Source: an uncultured Myxococcales bacterium (GTDB lineage: Bacteria > Myxococcota_A > UBA9042 > DTJE01). From it: 64,000 nucleotides of DNA. The notes below the pieces were generated by a model. That model had not been told where the DNA came from and ran no database searches. It saw nothing but the letters and a program-made list of their open reading frames with translations. The stretch is from assembly GCA_903936705.1 (NCBI GenBank), contig CAIZWN010000005.1:123883-187882 (forward strand), read 5' to 3'. The translations under genes and the position numbers were made by a program. Below, one piece after another: positions 1 to 10,528 of this stretch (position 1 is its first letter; every line of letters begins with the position of its first letter).

Positions 1-254
1 TCAGCGAAAGCCCTATCGGCCCTAAAATCGTGGCAATACCAGCCCACTACGAGCAATCCCACCCCAATCGATTCATAGCAAAGTAGCAATTGCAAACCGG
101 CAATATTGCATCCTCGCAAAACAATGCTGTGTCGAAAGACGTCGGAGTCGATAACACGCCACTCGATCCAGCCAACCAAGTCTGCTAACGTCCCCGAAGT
201 TTACGGGTCTGCACTTCGGCATTACTGGAGCCGACGAAAACTGGGGGTTTCCTG

Positions 255-1907
255 ATGATTCTTACCTGTCGCGCACTACCGTTTCTTGTAACCGCGTGTC
301 TCGTTGCGGCTCAACTGATGTGCATGAACCAGGCCAGCGCTTGTACATCCTACCTTGTCACCAAGGGCGCTTCCGCCGATGGTTCAACGATGATCACCTA
401 CTCCGCCGACTCGCACACCCTTTACGGCGACCTGACGGTCATCCCGGGCGGCGTGCACGTGCCTGGCGAGACCATTCCCGTCTACGACTGGGACTCGGGT
501 CGATTCCTGGGCCGCATCCCGCAGGCGCCTGTCACCTATTCAGTTGTGGGCCTCATCAACGAGCATCAGGTTGCCATCGGCGAAACGACGTTCGGGGGAA
601 GGAAGGAACTGGTTGATCCGAAAGGCGTGGTGGACTACGGCAGCCTGATGCGCCTGGCCTTGCAGCGGTCAAAGACGGCACGCGAAGCAATCGGCGTCAT
701 GACGTCTCTGGCAGAGACCCACGGGTACGCCAGCGAAGGCGAGTCATTCAGCATTGGCGACCCGAACGAAGCGTGGATCCTCGAGATGGTTGGCAAGGGG
801 CCCGACGGCAAGGGCGCTCTGTGGGTCGCAGTACGCGTTCCCGACGGCTTCGTAAGTGCACACGCGAACATGGCCCGCATACGGAAGTTTCCGCAGAAAG
901 ATCCCAAAAACGCGATCTTCTCGAAGGACGTCATACGGTACGCGAGGGACAAGGGCTGGTTCAAAGGCAACGATTCCGACTTCAGCTTTGCTGACGCCTT
1001 CTACCCGCGGTCCTTTGGCGGGATGCGTTTTTGCGACAGCCGCGTGTGGCGCTTCTTCATGCGCGTGGCCCCGGCACTGGGGCTTCCAACCGACTGGATC
1101 AAGGGAGTCGCAGGCGCTCAGCCGTTGCCCATGTGGGTGAAACCGGAACGCAAGCTGACTGCACGAGACGTGATGGAACTGATGCGCGACCACTTCGAGG
1201 GCACTGAATTCGACTTGTCGAAGGGTGTCGGCGCCGGGCCGTTCGGACTGCCCTACCGATGGCGACCGCTGTCGTGGGAGTACGAGGGCAAGAAGTACTT
1301 CAACGAGCGATCAGCATCAACCCAGCAGACAGGTTTTTCGTTTGTGACGCAATCGCGAGGCTGGCTGCCGGGCGCCATTGGCGGCCTGATCTGGTTCGGG
1401 GTGGATGACACCTGGCTGACAGTCTATCTGCCCATGTACGCTGGCATCCGCGAGGCTCCGCATGCATTTGCCGAGGGTACTGGATCGTTCAAGCAGTTCA
1501 GTTGGGATTCGGCATTCTGGGTTTTCAACGCGGTGTCCAATCTTGCGTATTCGAGATGGTCGGACATCTCGATCGACGTGCGTGACGCACAGGCAGCGTT
1601 GGAAGGATCGTTTTCTGCCGCGGTTGCCGAAGCCGACATTGCCGCTGTCGAAAAATACAAGAAGGCCCCTGGCCTGGCCCGTGACTACCTGACTGCGTTC
1701 AGCGCCACCCAGACCGATCGCACGATGACCCGCTGGCGCGCCCTGTTCACCGAACTGCTGGTGAAGTACCTTGACGGCAACGTCCGAGACCCACTGGGCG
1801 AGGTCAAGCACCCGCCGTACCCGAAGGAGTGGTACGGACGCATCCTCGACGACCGACCCGGGGTTTTCGAGGTAAAGAAAATCCCTGGTGAGCAGGACGA
1901 ACAGTGA
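255..1907 (+). CDS. Secreted C69 family dipeptidase (Ntn-hydrolase)
   Basis: Signal peptide followed by N-terminal nucleophile CTSYLV; SADSH, NEHQVAIGETT and AHANMARI motifs. Confidence 0.85.
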   Translation: MILTCRALPFLVTACLVAAQLMCMNQASACTSYLVTKGASADGSTMITYSADSHTLYGDLTVIPGGVHVPGETIPVYDWDSGRFLGRIPQAPVTYSVVGLINEHQVAIGETTFGGRKELVDPKGVVDYGSLMRLALQRSKTAREAIGVMTSLAETHGYASEGESFSIGDPNEAWILEMVGKGPDGKGALWVAVRVPDGFVSAHANMARIRKFPQKDPKNAIFSKDVIRYARDKGWFKGNDSDFSFADAFYPRSFGGMRFCDSRVWRFFMRVAPALGLPTDWIKGVAGAQPLPMWVKPERKLTARDVMELMRDHFEGTEFDLSKGVGAGPFGLPYRWRPLSWEYEGKKYFNERSASTQQTGFSFVTQSRGWLPGAIGGLIWFGVDDTWLTVYLPMYAGIREAPHAFAEGTGSFKQFSWDSAFWVFNAVSNLAYSRWSDISIDVRDAQAALEGSFSAAVAEADIAAVEKYKKAPGLARDYLTAFSATQTDRTMTRWRALFTELLVKYLDGNVRDPLGEVKHPPYPKEWYGRILDDRPGVFEVKKIPGEQDEQ

Positions 1908-1950
1908 TCAGACCGCTTTTCGCGAGATTCCACTGACAGGAGCACCCCCG

Positions 1951-3333
1951 ATGTCCCCAGAAAAGCCGGCCCCTTTCCCGCGCACGTACTGGACAGCCAA
2001 CGTTACCGAACTGTTCGAGCGCGGCGCCTACTATTCGATGGCGTCGTTCATGGTCATCTACCTTGGCGAACTTGGCATGGGCGACTACTGGCCGTCCACC
2101 CTGAACGCTCTGCTGTGGGGCCTGATCTACTTCCTGCCGATCCTGTCGGGCACCATCGCCGACCAGGTGGGCTTCAAGCGCTCGCTGATCCTGGCGTTCG
2201 TCCTGCTGGGCGCCGGCTACCTGTGCATGGGTTCGCCCGTGTGGCTGGGCGGCGCCGAACTGGTGCCGTCGGTTGCGCGGGAGGTGACGGCTGGAACTCC
2301 GGTTTTCGGGATGGTCCTGGCCGGCATCGTGCTGATTGGGGTTGGCGGCTCGTTCGTGAAACCCTGCATTTCAGGCACGGTGCAGAAGACCGCAGGCCTT
2401 CGCGCCACACTTGCCTTTGCAATCTTCTATATGGTCATCAATATCGGCTCGCTGTTCGGGCGCGGCGCAGGATACGTGGCCCGCACGAATTTCGGGCTTT
2501 CCGCCATCTTCGTCGTTGCAATGGCTTGCGCGTTCGTCGCCCTGCTGACCGTCATCCTGCTATATGCCGAACCGGATCGCGGGCGCGCGGCACCGCCGGC
2601 CAACGTTCAGCGCCGCTCTGTGGGAAGGGTCCTCCTGGACATGGTGCTGGTCCTGCGAAACGGTCGTTTTGCCTTGCTGCTGCTTGTGTTGTCGGGATTC
2701 AACTTCCTGTACTCGCAGGTCTACAATGTCCTGCCGCTGTACCTGAAGCGAGTGGTGGAAACGAACCCGGCCGTGGACCTGTACACCATGGCCAACCCAA
2801 TCGTGATCGTGTTCTTCCAGTTGTTGATCACACGCGTTTTCGGAAAGATGAGGCCCATTCGCTCGATGATTGTCGGGACGGTGATCATCTCTTTGTCCAT
2901 GGTCGTCAACGTCGTACCAATCTTCATGGCTGGCGGCGTAAGGACGCCGCTGTGGGACTTGCTGCCCGTTGGATCGATGGTCGTGATCCTGACGGTCGCA
3001 ATGATCGCTTTTGGCGAATTGTTCACATCGGCCAGGACCTACGAATACATCGGCGCGCTGGCTCCAAAGGGGCAGGAAGGCCTGTTCCTGGGCTATGCCA
3101 ACCTGCCGATCGCAATCGGAGCCCTGGTAGGCGGCCCGGTGGGTGCTTACGTATTCAACGAGATCATGGCAAAGGACGCAGTCAAGCTGGACAGCGGCCT
3201 GCTGGAGCTTGTGCCAGCCAACGCAGCAACCGGCTGGTTGATCCTGATGTTCGTAGGCCTGGCCTCGGTGGTCAGCATGATGCTTTACAACCGATGGATT
3301 CAGAACCATCCGGCCGAACCAGTTGCAAAATAG
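1951..3333 (+). CDS. POT/PTR-like MFS peptide transporter
   Basis: ELFERGAYY resembles the ExxERFxYY motif; about 12 TM segments; AGGAG RBS before ATG 1951. Confidence 0.8.
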   Translation: MSPEKPAPFPRTYWTANVTELFERGAYYSMASFMVIYLGELGMGDYWPSTLNALLWGLIYFLPILSGTIADQVGFKRSLILAFVLLGAGYLCMGSPVWLGGAELVPSVAREVTAGTPVFGMVLAGIVLIGVGGSFVKPCISGTVQKTAGLRATLAFAIFYMVINIGSLFGRGAGYVARTNFGLSAIFVVAMACAFVALLTVILLYAEPDRGRAAPPANVQRRSVGRVLLDMVLVLRNGRFALLLLVLSGFNFLYSQVYNVLPLYLKRVVETNPAVDLYTMANPIVIVFFQLLITRVFGKMRPIRSMIVGTVIISLSMVVNVVPIFMAGGVRTPLWDLLPVGSMVVILTVAMIAFGELFTSARTYEYIGALAPKGQEGLFLGYANLPIAIGALVGGPVGAYVFNEIMAKDAVKLDSGLLELVPANAATGWLILMFVGLASVVSMMLYNRWIQNHPAEPVAK

Positions 3334-3379
3334 TTTCATCAGACCAAGAGGCACGCAGTCGAGGGCGTCTGACCAGCCG

Positions 3380-4633
3380 TCACGTAGACTTCGGCCCGAC
3401 GCACACTTCTGGAGCTTCGCCGGCCAGTTCGGCGACGTCGCGCTCGGAAAAACCCATCAGGTACAAGACGCCCGTCAGCGACGAGGCGTTCAGACTGAGG
3501 TCCGCGGCAGCCTGCAGGCGCGGCTTGGCACGGAACGCAATCCCGAGGCCTGCCAGGCGCAGCATCTTCATGTCGTTGGCTCCATCGCCGACTGCAACGC
3601 ACTGGTCCAACCGGCAGTCGTAGACGTGTGCCATGTCGGACAAGACCTGGGCCTTGCGGTCCGCGTCGACGATCTGTCCCCTTACCTGGCCAGTAATGCG
3701 ACCGTCCTCGACCTCCAGCGTGTTGGCGAAGGCAAAGTCCAGCCCGAAACGCTGCTTCAGTGCATCGACCAGGAAAGTGAAACCGCCGCTTACCAGGCCA
3801 ATGCGCATTCCCAGCGCCTTCAGCGTGCGCACCAGCACCTCGGCCCCAGGCGTCATCGGCACATCGTCCAGCAGGCGCCTGGCCTGCTCCATCGGCAGCC
3901 CGGCCAGCAGCGAAACGCGCTCGCGCAGCGCTGCCGAGAAATCCAGTTCACCGCGCATCGCCCGATCGGTTATCAAGGCGACCTTCTCGCCGCAGCCGGC
4001 CATCTTGGCCAGTTCGTCAATGACTTCCATCTGGATGAACGTCGAGTCTACGTCCATGCATACCAGACGCTTGCTGCGACGCCCGATGCCGTCACGCTGA
4101 ACGGCCATGTCAGCCCCAAGGTCGCCTGCCATCGACAGGATTTCACCCCTCAGCGCCCTCATTTCCACCGCTGTGATCCGGCGGTCCGGCGGCAGATCGA
4201 CGATCAACTCCAAGCCCGTCAGGCGCCGCCGGGACAGCGTCCGGATCTCGCGGATGTTCAGGGATGTCCTTGCCAGATAATCGGTTGTCCGCCCGACCGC
4301 GTCGCCATCCTCCAGGTCGCCCAACAGCGTCACGCACAAGGCGCACCCGGAACCGTCACGCCGGGAATCTCCCTGTGACGCGTTGTACATCGACACTTCC
4401 ATCCGCAAGCCCAGTTCCGAGGCCTTGAACAACGTGCGCCTAAGAACGTCCGACCCCTGCGGCACCTCTATGAACGCCGAAAGCGTGAGGTGGCCGTGAA
4501 GCACCGACTGGCCAAGGTCAACCAGCCGCGCCCCTTCCCGGGCGATGATTCCGGTCAGCGCCGAAGTGATCCCGGGACGATCCGGGCCCGTCACGTGCAA
4601 AACAATCAGGTCGTCATGGTTTTCGTTTTCCAT
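3380..4633 (-). CDS. serB: Phosphoserine phosphatase with ACT domains
   Basis: GPDRPGI ACT motif; HAD motifs DVDSTFI, SGGF, GDGANDM; start placed at MENEN. Confidence 0.92.
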   Translation of the reverse strand: MENENHDDLIVLHVTGPDRPGITSALTGIIAREGARLVDLGQSVLHGHLTLSAFIEVPQGSDVLRRTLFKASELGLRMEVSMYNASQGDSRRDGSGCALCVTLLGDLEDGDAVGRTTDYLARTSLNIREIRTLSRRRLTGLELIVDLPPDRRITAVEMRALRGEILSMAGDLGADMAVQRDGIGRRSKRLVCMDVDSTFIQMEVIDELAKMAGCGEKVALITDRAMRGELDFSAALRERVSLLAGLPMEQARRLLDDVPMTPGAEVLVRTLKALGMRIGLVSGGFTFLVDALKQRFGLDFAFANTLEVEDGRITGQVRGQIVDADRKAQVLSDMAHVYDCRLDQCVAVGDGANDMKMLRLAGLGIAFRAKPRLQAAADLSLNASSLTGVLYLMGFSERDVAELAGEAPEVCVGPKST

Positions 4634-4801
4634 TGGTGGATTGTAGTGCATGTTCCCGGACGGTGGAACGCTTGATTTGGGCGTGCGCTGGCGAATCGGG
4701 CCGTTCCGGCGCAGGACACTTTCACTCGAAGGGCCGATGATGAAGCGCGACACGCCCCGGTTTGACCCGAGACCTGTCTGAGTGGAGAGCGTGGTGGGTT
4801 T

Positions 4802-5293
4802 CTAGAGGGTGGTTCTCAACGCACGAGCCGCTCGGGCCAGCGGAGCGTTGGACGGGGACAGGTACAGCCGTTCCTTGGCCTCCCCGCCCGCCCCTGCTTC
4901 CTGCCGGTCGAACGCATCGCCCCGAATCTGCTTGAACGGCGACTCCCGGGCGATTTCATCCTCGATCGAGTCGCCGGTGGCCGCAGCGGTTTCGGCCTGA
5001 CCCAGGGCCGCTTCCAGGTCGCCTCGGAGGTTTCCGCCTTCCGGCTGCTCGCGTCCAGCAAGCCGCAGGATCGACTGGACCAGTTGCCTGACTGCGGGAA
5101 TCTCTTCCACCGCAAGCGCCCGGACCGACATCAAGCCGGCGCTTCCCGGACGCACGACAACAAAGACAGCAACAACGACCAGCAGTCGCCGAATCATTCT
5201 CCAGGCCCGACCGCTGTTAGTTGTCGTTCTCATGAAGACCCGCATCGGCCTTATCTCCACCAACTTTAGGGTTCGTGCAGAAACTGTTTTCAA
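4802..5293 (-). CDS. Hypothetical protein
   Basis: Fills an intergenic gap and has one hydrophobic segment; no recognisable motif; start uncertain. Confidence 0.3.
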   Translation of the reverse strand: MKTVSARTLKLVEIRPMRVFMRTTTNSGRAWRMIRRLLVVVAVFVVVRPGSAGLMSVRALAVEEIPAVRQLVQSILRLAGREQPEGGNLRGDLEAALGQAETAAATGDSIEDEIARESPFKQIRGDAFDRQEAGAGGEAKERLYLSPSNAPLARAARALRTTL

Positions 5294-5370
5294 GACCGGT
5301 TGACTGGCGACTCCAGGCGCGGTCCAATCGCCGTCGCGGCCACACCCGGAAATTCGCCGAGGTTCACCGA

Positions 5371-6723
5371 ATGCTGCGGGCCATCATGGCGTTCTTTCGC
5401 ACCGGACCTGATCGCCCGATGATGTCCGAAGATCCCTTGAGGATCAGGCGCATGTACGAACACATGCGCTGGAGCGTGTTCCTGTCGGTCACTCTGGGCT
5501 ACGGCTTCTTCTACGTCATCCGCACGAACTTTGCCGTGGTCAAGAAGCCGATGCTGGACGAGGGCATCTTTACGACCACCGAGATGGGCCTGATCGGCTC
5601 GGCCTTCCTGGCTGTGTACGCACTCGGCAAGCTGCTGAACGGGTTTCTGTCGGACCGGGCCAACGTGCGCCGGTTCATGGCTACGGCTCTGCTGCTGGGC
5701 GCGCTGGTCAACCTGCAGCTCGGCTCCAGCCGGTCGTTCACGACGTTCCTGGTGCTGTGGGGGCTGAACGGCTGGCTGCTGTCGGTCGGTTCCGCACCCA
5801 GCGTTGTCGCACTGTCTCAGTGGTTTTCGCCACGTGAGATGGGTACTCGCTATGGTGTCTGGAGCATCAGCCACAGCCTGGGCGAAGGCTTGACATTCAT
5901 AGTCACCGCCGCCATGGTGGCCGATTTCGGCTGGGAGTGGGGATTTCGCGGGCCTGCGCTGCTGTGCATCGGCGCAGCACTTGTCCTGTTCCAGACACTG
6001 GCAGACAGGCCGCAGACGTACGGGCTGCCACCTGTTACCACCTACAAGAACGACCATCCGCCCGTGCAGCAGGCGTCGTCTGGCATGTCGGTAGGCCGGC
6101 TGCAACTGGAGGTCCTGAAGAATCCAGCCATCTGGATTCTGGGCCTGTCGGCTGCGACGATGTCCGTCGCTCGTTACGGAATCAACAACTGGGGCGTCCT
6201 GTATTTGCAGGAAACGAAGGGCTACTCGCTGAAGGAGGCCGGGACCGTGCTGGCGGCATACCCGGTGGCGGCAATGATTGGAGCCGCGCTGTCGGGCCTC
6301 TTGTCCGACAGGTTCTTCGGCGCCCGACGGAACTGGCCGGCCCTGCTGACTGGCATCGTGGAGGCTGTCGCCCTGGTTGCACTGGTGCTGGTGCCGCCGG
6401 GGCACGTGATTCTGGACGCGACAATCCTGGCAGTATTCGGTCTTTCGCTTGGGGCGCTGCTGGTCTACCTGGGCGGCCTTATGGCGGTGGACCTGGCTCC
6501 CAAGCGGGCGGCAGGCGCGGCAATGGGCGTGATCGGCGCCTTCGCATATGCGGGCGCCGCGATCCAGGACACGGTATCAGGCTGGCTGCTGGACAACGGC
6601 AAGGTGGTTGAATCCGCCGTCACACGTTACGACTTTACCCCTGTCATCGTCTTCTGGATCGGCGCTTCACTGCTGTCGATCCTGCTGACCCTGACGGTGT
6701 GGAATGCCAGGGCGCAGGAATAG
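5371..6723 (+). CDS. Organophosphate:Pi antiporter family MFS transporter (GlpT/UhpT-like)
   Basis: GYGFFYVIRTNF, WFSPREMG, WSISHSLG, DRPQTYGLPP motifs. Confidence 0.85.
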   Translation: MLRAIMAFFRTGPDRPMMSEDPLRIRRMYEHMRWSVFLSVTLGYGFFYVIRTNFAVVKKPMLDEGIFTTTEMGLIGSAFLAVYALGKLLNGFLSDRANVRRFMATALLLGALVNLQLGSSRSFTTFLVLWGLNGWLLSVGSAPSVVALSQWFSPREMGTRYGVWSISHSLGEGLTFIVTAAMVADFGWEWGFRGPALLCIGAALVLFQTLADRPQTYGLPPVTTYKNDHPPVQQASSGMSVGRLQLEVLKNPAIWILGLSAATMSVARYGINNWGVLYLQETKGYSLKEAGTVLAAYPVAAMIGAALSGLLSDRFFGARRNWPALLTGIVEAVALVALVLVPPGHVILDATILAVFGLSLGALLVYLGGLMAVDLAPKRAAGAAMGVIGAFAYAGAAIQDTVSGWLLDNGKVVESAVTRYDFTPVIVFWIGASLLSILLTLTVWNARAQE

Positions 6724-6756
6724 ACCTTTCAGCACCCGCAAGAGGAGGCCTTTGCC

Positions 6757-9700
6757 ATGACCCATCACCTGCTTGGACGCATGACCGGTCTGCCGATGGC
6801 CTCAATCGCACTGCTTGCGGCACTTTGCCTGGCGCCGAATCGCTCTGTTGCTGAAGCCGCCGAACCGCCGCCAGGGGTGCAGCCCGACAGCTTGTACGTC
6901 GTTGCTGTATCGCACCTGGACACCGAGTGGTTATGGACGATCGTCGAAACGATCCGGGACTACATACCGGCAACCTTCCGCGACAACATGGATCTCCTGG
7001 ATCGGCACCCGGGATTCAAGTTCGGATTCGAGGGCGCCCACCGCTACTACATGCTGCGCGAGTACTACCCGGATTTGTGGCAACGCCTGAAGGGATACGT
7101 GGCAGACGGGCGATGGTCGCCTGCAGGAAGTGCGCTGGAAGGCGGCGACGTGAACATCGTTTCGCCCGAATCGCTGATGCGGCAGTTCCTTTACGGCAAC
7201 GGCTTTTTTCGGCGCGAATTCGGGCGCACAAGCGTCGATGTCTTCCTGCCGGATTGCTTCGGGTTCGGATGGGCCCTTCCATCGGTAGCCGCGCACTGCG
7301 GTTTGATCGGATTCTCGACGCAGAAGCTGACGTGGGGTTCCGCCTATGGCATCCCGTTCGACGTGGGCCGGTGGCGCGGTCCGGACGGCGCCGAGATCGT
7401 GGCGGCGTTGCGCCCGTGGAACTACGCGGCCGGCCTCGATGGAGACTGGACGCGCGCACAGCGCTGGACCGACGCGCTCGATCGGCAGGAGGCGGTGTCG
7501 GGCATGCGATTCGGATACGCATATTTCGGCGTAGGAGATCGAGGAGGTTCGGTAGGCGAGGATTCCGTTGCCAACCTTGAAACGAACATGGCCGATACAG
7601 GGCCGGTGCGCCTGAAATCCGAACCGCCGGACCAGTTCTTCAAGGACCTGACTCAGGACCAGTGGGCGGCACTTCCCGTGTACGACGGCGAACTGGTGCT
7701 AGCCACCCATGGGACAGGTTCCTACACGTCACAATGCGCGATGAAACGTTGGAACCGGCAGAACGAACAACTGGGGGACGCGGCCGAGCGAGCTGCGGTC
7801 GCAGCATCGTGGCTGGGCGGTCTGCCCTACCCCGCCGAATGGCTTGCAAACGCCTGGTTCCGCTTCCTTGTGCACCAGTTCCATGACGATGTAACGGGCA
7901 CCAGCATTCCCGAGGTCTACTCGAACTCGTGGAACGATGAACGACTGGCACAGCACCGGTTCGCTAGCGTTCTGTCGGCTGCGGCGGGATCGGTTGCTCG
8001 TGCCCTGGACACAACCTCAATCGGCGTACCGCTGGTCGTGTACAACGCGCTTGCAATCGATCGCGAAGATGTGGTCGAGGCCTTCGTGCGCTTTCCCGAA
8101 GCGCCGCCAGCGCATGTACGGGTGTTCGGTCCCGGTGGCGCAGAGGTACCCTCCCAGGTGATCGGCGAACGCGACGGGGCTGCCCGTATCGCCTTCCTGG
8201 CCAATGTGCCGGCAACCGGGTTTGCCGTGTACGACGTTCGCCCATCCGATGTTCCGTGCTCGCTTGCGACCGGACTGTCCGCAACGCAGGCAGGGCTTGA
8301 AAATGGCAGATACCGGGTCACGATCGACTCGAACGGTGACGTATCAAGCGTCTTTGACAAGGCGGCCGGCGTGGAAACCCTGGCCGGCCCCGTGCGGTTC
8401 GCAATGTTCAGCGACATGTCGCTAAGCTACCCGGCGTGGGAGATAACCTGGTACGACCTGGCCGAAGGCGCCAGGGAATACGTTTCGGCTGCCCCGACAA
8501 TCACGGTCGTCGAGGCAGGTCCCGCGAGGACCAGTGTTGAAATTCGACGCGAATATGCATCCGATCAGGGCACATCGACCTATGTTCAACGGCTGCGACT
8601 GGGCGCCGGAGGTTCGGGGGATCGCGTTGAATGGGATACCGAAATCGACTGGCACACCAGGATGTCACTGCTGAAAGTCGAGTTCCCGCTGAAGCATACG
8701 GCCCCCAAGGCCACCTTCGACCTTGGGCTTGGCGCAATTACACGGCCGAATTCCACACCGGATCTGTACGAGGTGCCTTCGCAACAGTGGGCGGATCTCA
8801 CGGCCCCCGACCTGTCCTATGGCGTCTCAATCCTCTCGCTTGACAAGGTGGGATGGCACAAGCCGGACGACGAAAAGCTGTATCTGACCCTTCTTCACAC
8901 GCCGATGTTACCCGAGCACCACCACGACACCAACGACATCGGGCACCATCACACTGGCTGGGCAATTTTCGGCCACACGGGGGACTGGACGAACGGTACC
9001 GTCCCGCAGGCCGCCAGGTTCAACCAGCCTCTGGTGGCATTTCAGGCGCCATCGCACGCCGGGACTCTGGGGCGTAGTTGGGGCCTCGCGCGGGTATCGG
9101 ATCCGGCGGTGGCCATTCGCGCCTTGAAGCAGGCCGAGGATTCCGACGAGGTCGTGGTGCGAATTCAGGAGACATCGGGAACGGCCCGGAACAACGTGCG
9201 CATTGAGATTGCGACGGGCATTGCCGAGGCACGCGAGGTCCGTGGTGACGAACAGCCGAAGGGCGAGGCTGTAATCGTTGACGGGTCGCTGATCACGAAC
9301 CTGACGGCCTTCCAGCCGCGAACGTTCGCGGTGCGACTGTCGGCGGCAGCAACCAGGCTTGCGCCTGCGGAATCAAGTCCGGTTGCACTGCCGTACGACA
9401 CGGACGTGCTGTCGTTCAACGAGGCACGGGCCGACGGCGCCTTTGACGTTGGTGCCGGCGTTGCCTGGGCTGCCGAGCAGTGGTCGTCGACGCTGGCCGT
9501 TGGTGGGGTCGATTTCCAACTGGGGCCATCGGCTGCCGGGCAATCCAACGCTGTTTCGTGCTTAGGACAGTCGATTGCCATCAATCCCCTTGAAGGCCAG
9601 CGCCTGAACCTGTTGGCCGCCGCCGTTGGGGATGTAGAGGCTACATTCCTTGTAGGCGACAAGCCCGTCGCACTTGCGGTTCAGGATCACGCGGGGTTCA

Positions 9701-10329
9701 TAGGCCAATGGGACAGCCGCGTGGTTGACGGAGGTTTTGTCGAGACGCCGATGCCCGCGCTGCCTGGCTTCCTGAAACAGGCCGAACCGGTCTGGTATGG
9801 AACACACCGGCACCTTGCCGATGGCGACGACATCTATGCCTTCAGCTACCTGTTCAGGTACGTGCTGGACGTGCCCCCAAACGCGACGTCGCTGACCCTG
9901 CCAAACGACCCGCGCATCAAGATCCTGGCCATCACACTGACGGACGACCCCGGCGGGCTGACGGTTCCGGCCTCGGTGATCTTCGACGATTTCGACCCGC
10001 TGCGGCGTCCCCTGGCAGGGTGGGAACCAACCCCCGCACAGCCAGAACCTGTTCCGGATACGGCCGAGGAGACCGAGGTCACGATGCCAGACCAAGAGGA
10101 CGAGAACCTTCCTGACGTCATGCGCGACACTTCCGGCGACGATTCGACCGCAGAGGTCGCCGATGCACCCGGCGACACCACGACAACCGAGATTCCAGGA
10201 ATCGGCAAGCATTCGTCCGGATGCCAGTCGAATACCGGCGGACATCCAGCATCCTTGGTTTTGTCGGTACTGGCTATTGCTTTACTGCTGATGACCCGCC
10301 GCCTTCGATCCTGTCGCAGGACGGCCTGA
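6757..10329 (+). CDS. GH38 alpha-mannosidase with MYXO-CTERM-like sorting tail
   Basis: SHLDTEWLW, LPDCFG, QFHDDVTGTS motifs; acidic linker then SSGC + hydrophobic helix + RRLR. Confidence 0.9.
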   Translation: MTHHLLGRMTGLPMASIALLAALCLAPNRSVAEAAEPPPGVQPDSLYVVAVSHLDTEWLWTIVETIRDYIPATFRDNMDLLDRHPGFKFGFEGAHRYYMLREYYPDLWQRLKGYVADGRWSPAGSALEGGDVNIVSPESLMRQFLYGNGFFRREFGRTSVDVFLPDCFGFGWALPSVAAHCGLIGFSTQKLTWGSAYGIPFDVGRWRGPDGAEIVAALRPWNYAAGLDGDWTRAQRWTDALDRQEAVSGMRFGYAYFGVGDRGGSVGEDSVANLETNMADTGPVRLKSEPPDQFFKDLTQDQWAALPVYDGELVLATHGTGSYTSQCAMKRWNRQNEQLGDAAERAAVAASWLGGLPYPAEWLANAWFRFLVHQFHDDVTGTSIPEVYSNSWNDERLAQHRFASVLSAAAGSVARALDTTSIGVPLVVYNALAIDREDVVEAFVRFPEAPPAHVRVFGPGGAEVPSQVIGERDGAARIAFLANVPATGFAVYDVRPSDVPCSLATGLSATQAGLENGRYRVTIDSNGDVSSVFDKAAGVETLAGPVRFAMFSDMSLSYPAWEITWYDLAEGAREYVSAAPTITVVEAGPARTSVEIRREYASDQGTSTYVQRLRLGAGGSGDRVEWDTEIDWHTRMSLLKVEFPLKHTAPKATFDLGLGAITRPNSTPDLYEVPSQQWADLTAPDLSYGVSILSLDKVGWHKPDDEKLYLTLLHTPMLPEHHHDTNDIGHHHTGWAIFGHTGDWTNGTVPQAARFNQPLVAFQAPSHAGTLGRSWGLARVSDPAVAIRALKQAEDSDEVVVRIQETSGTARNNVRIEIATGIAEAREVRGDEQPKGEAVIVDGSLITNLTAFQPRTFAVRLSAAATRLAPAESSPVALPYDTDVLSFNEARADGAFDVGAGVAWAAEQWSSTLAVGGVDFQLGPSAAGQSNAVSCLGQSIAINPLEGQRLNLLAAAVGDVEATFLVGDKPVALAVQDHAGFIGQWDSRVVDGGFVETPMPALPGFLKQAEPVWYGTHRHLADGDDIYAFSYLFRYVLDVPPNATSLTLPNDPRIKILAITLTDDPGGLTVPASVIFDDFDPLRRPLAGWEPTPAQPEPVPDTAEETEVTMPDQEDENLPDVMRDTSGDDSTAEVADAPGDTTTTEIPGIGKHSSGCQSNTGGHPASLVLSVLAIALLLMTRRLRSCRRTA

Positions 10330-10528
10330 TAGAACACTCTGCCAGCGCAACCAAAACGCTGTCCAGGTTCACGTCATTTCGACAGGCCGCTTATGTCCAA
10401 GGCCAGTCATCGCCATGGGGAATGTACGCAGAATCGGGGGCTGTCCCGGACCCGTCCCCGGTGATATCCTCGACCGCCACCCGGGGTTGCCCGGGCTGCG
10501 ACTCCAGGGATCACGCAAGGAGCGGGAC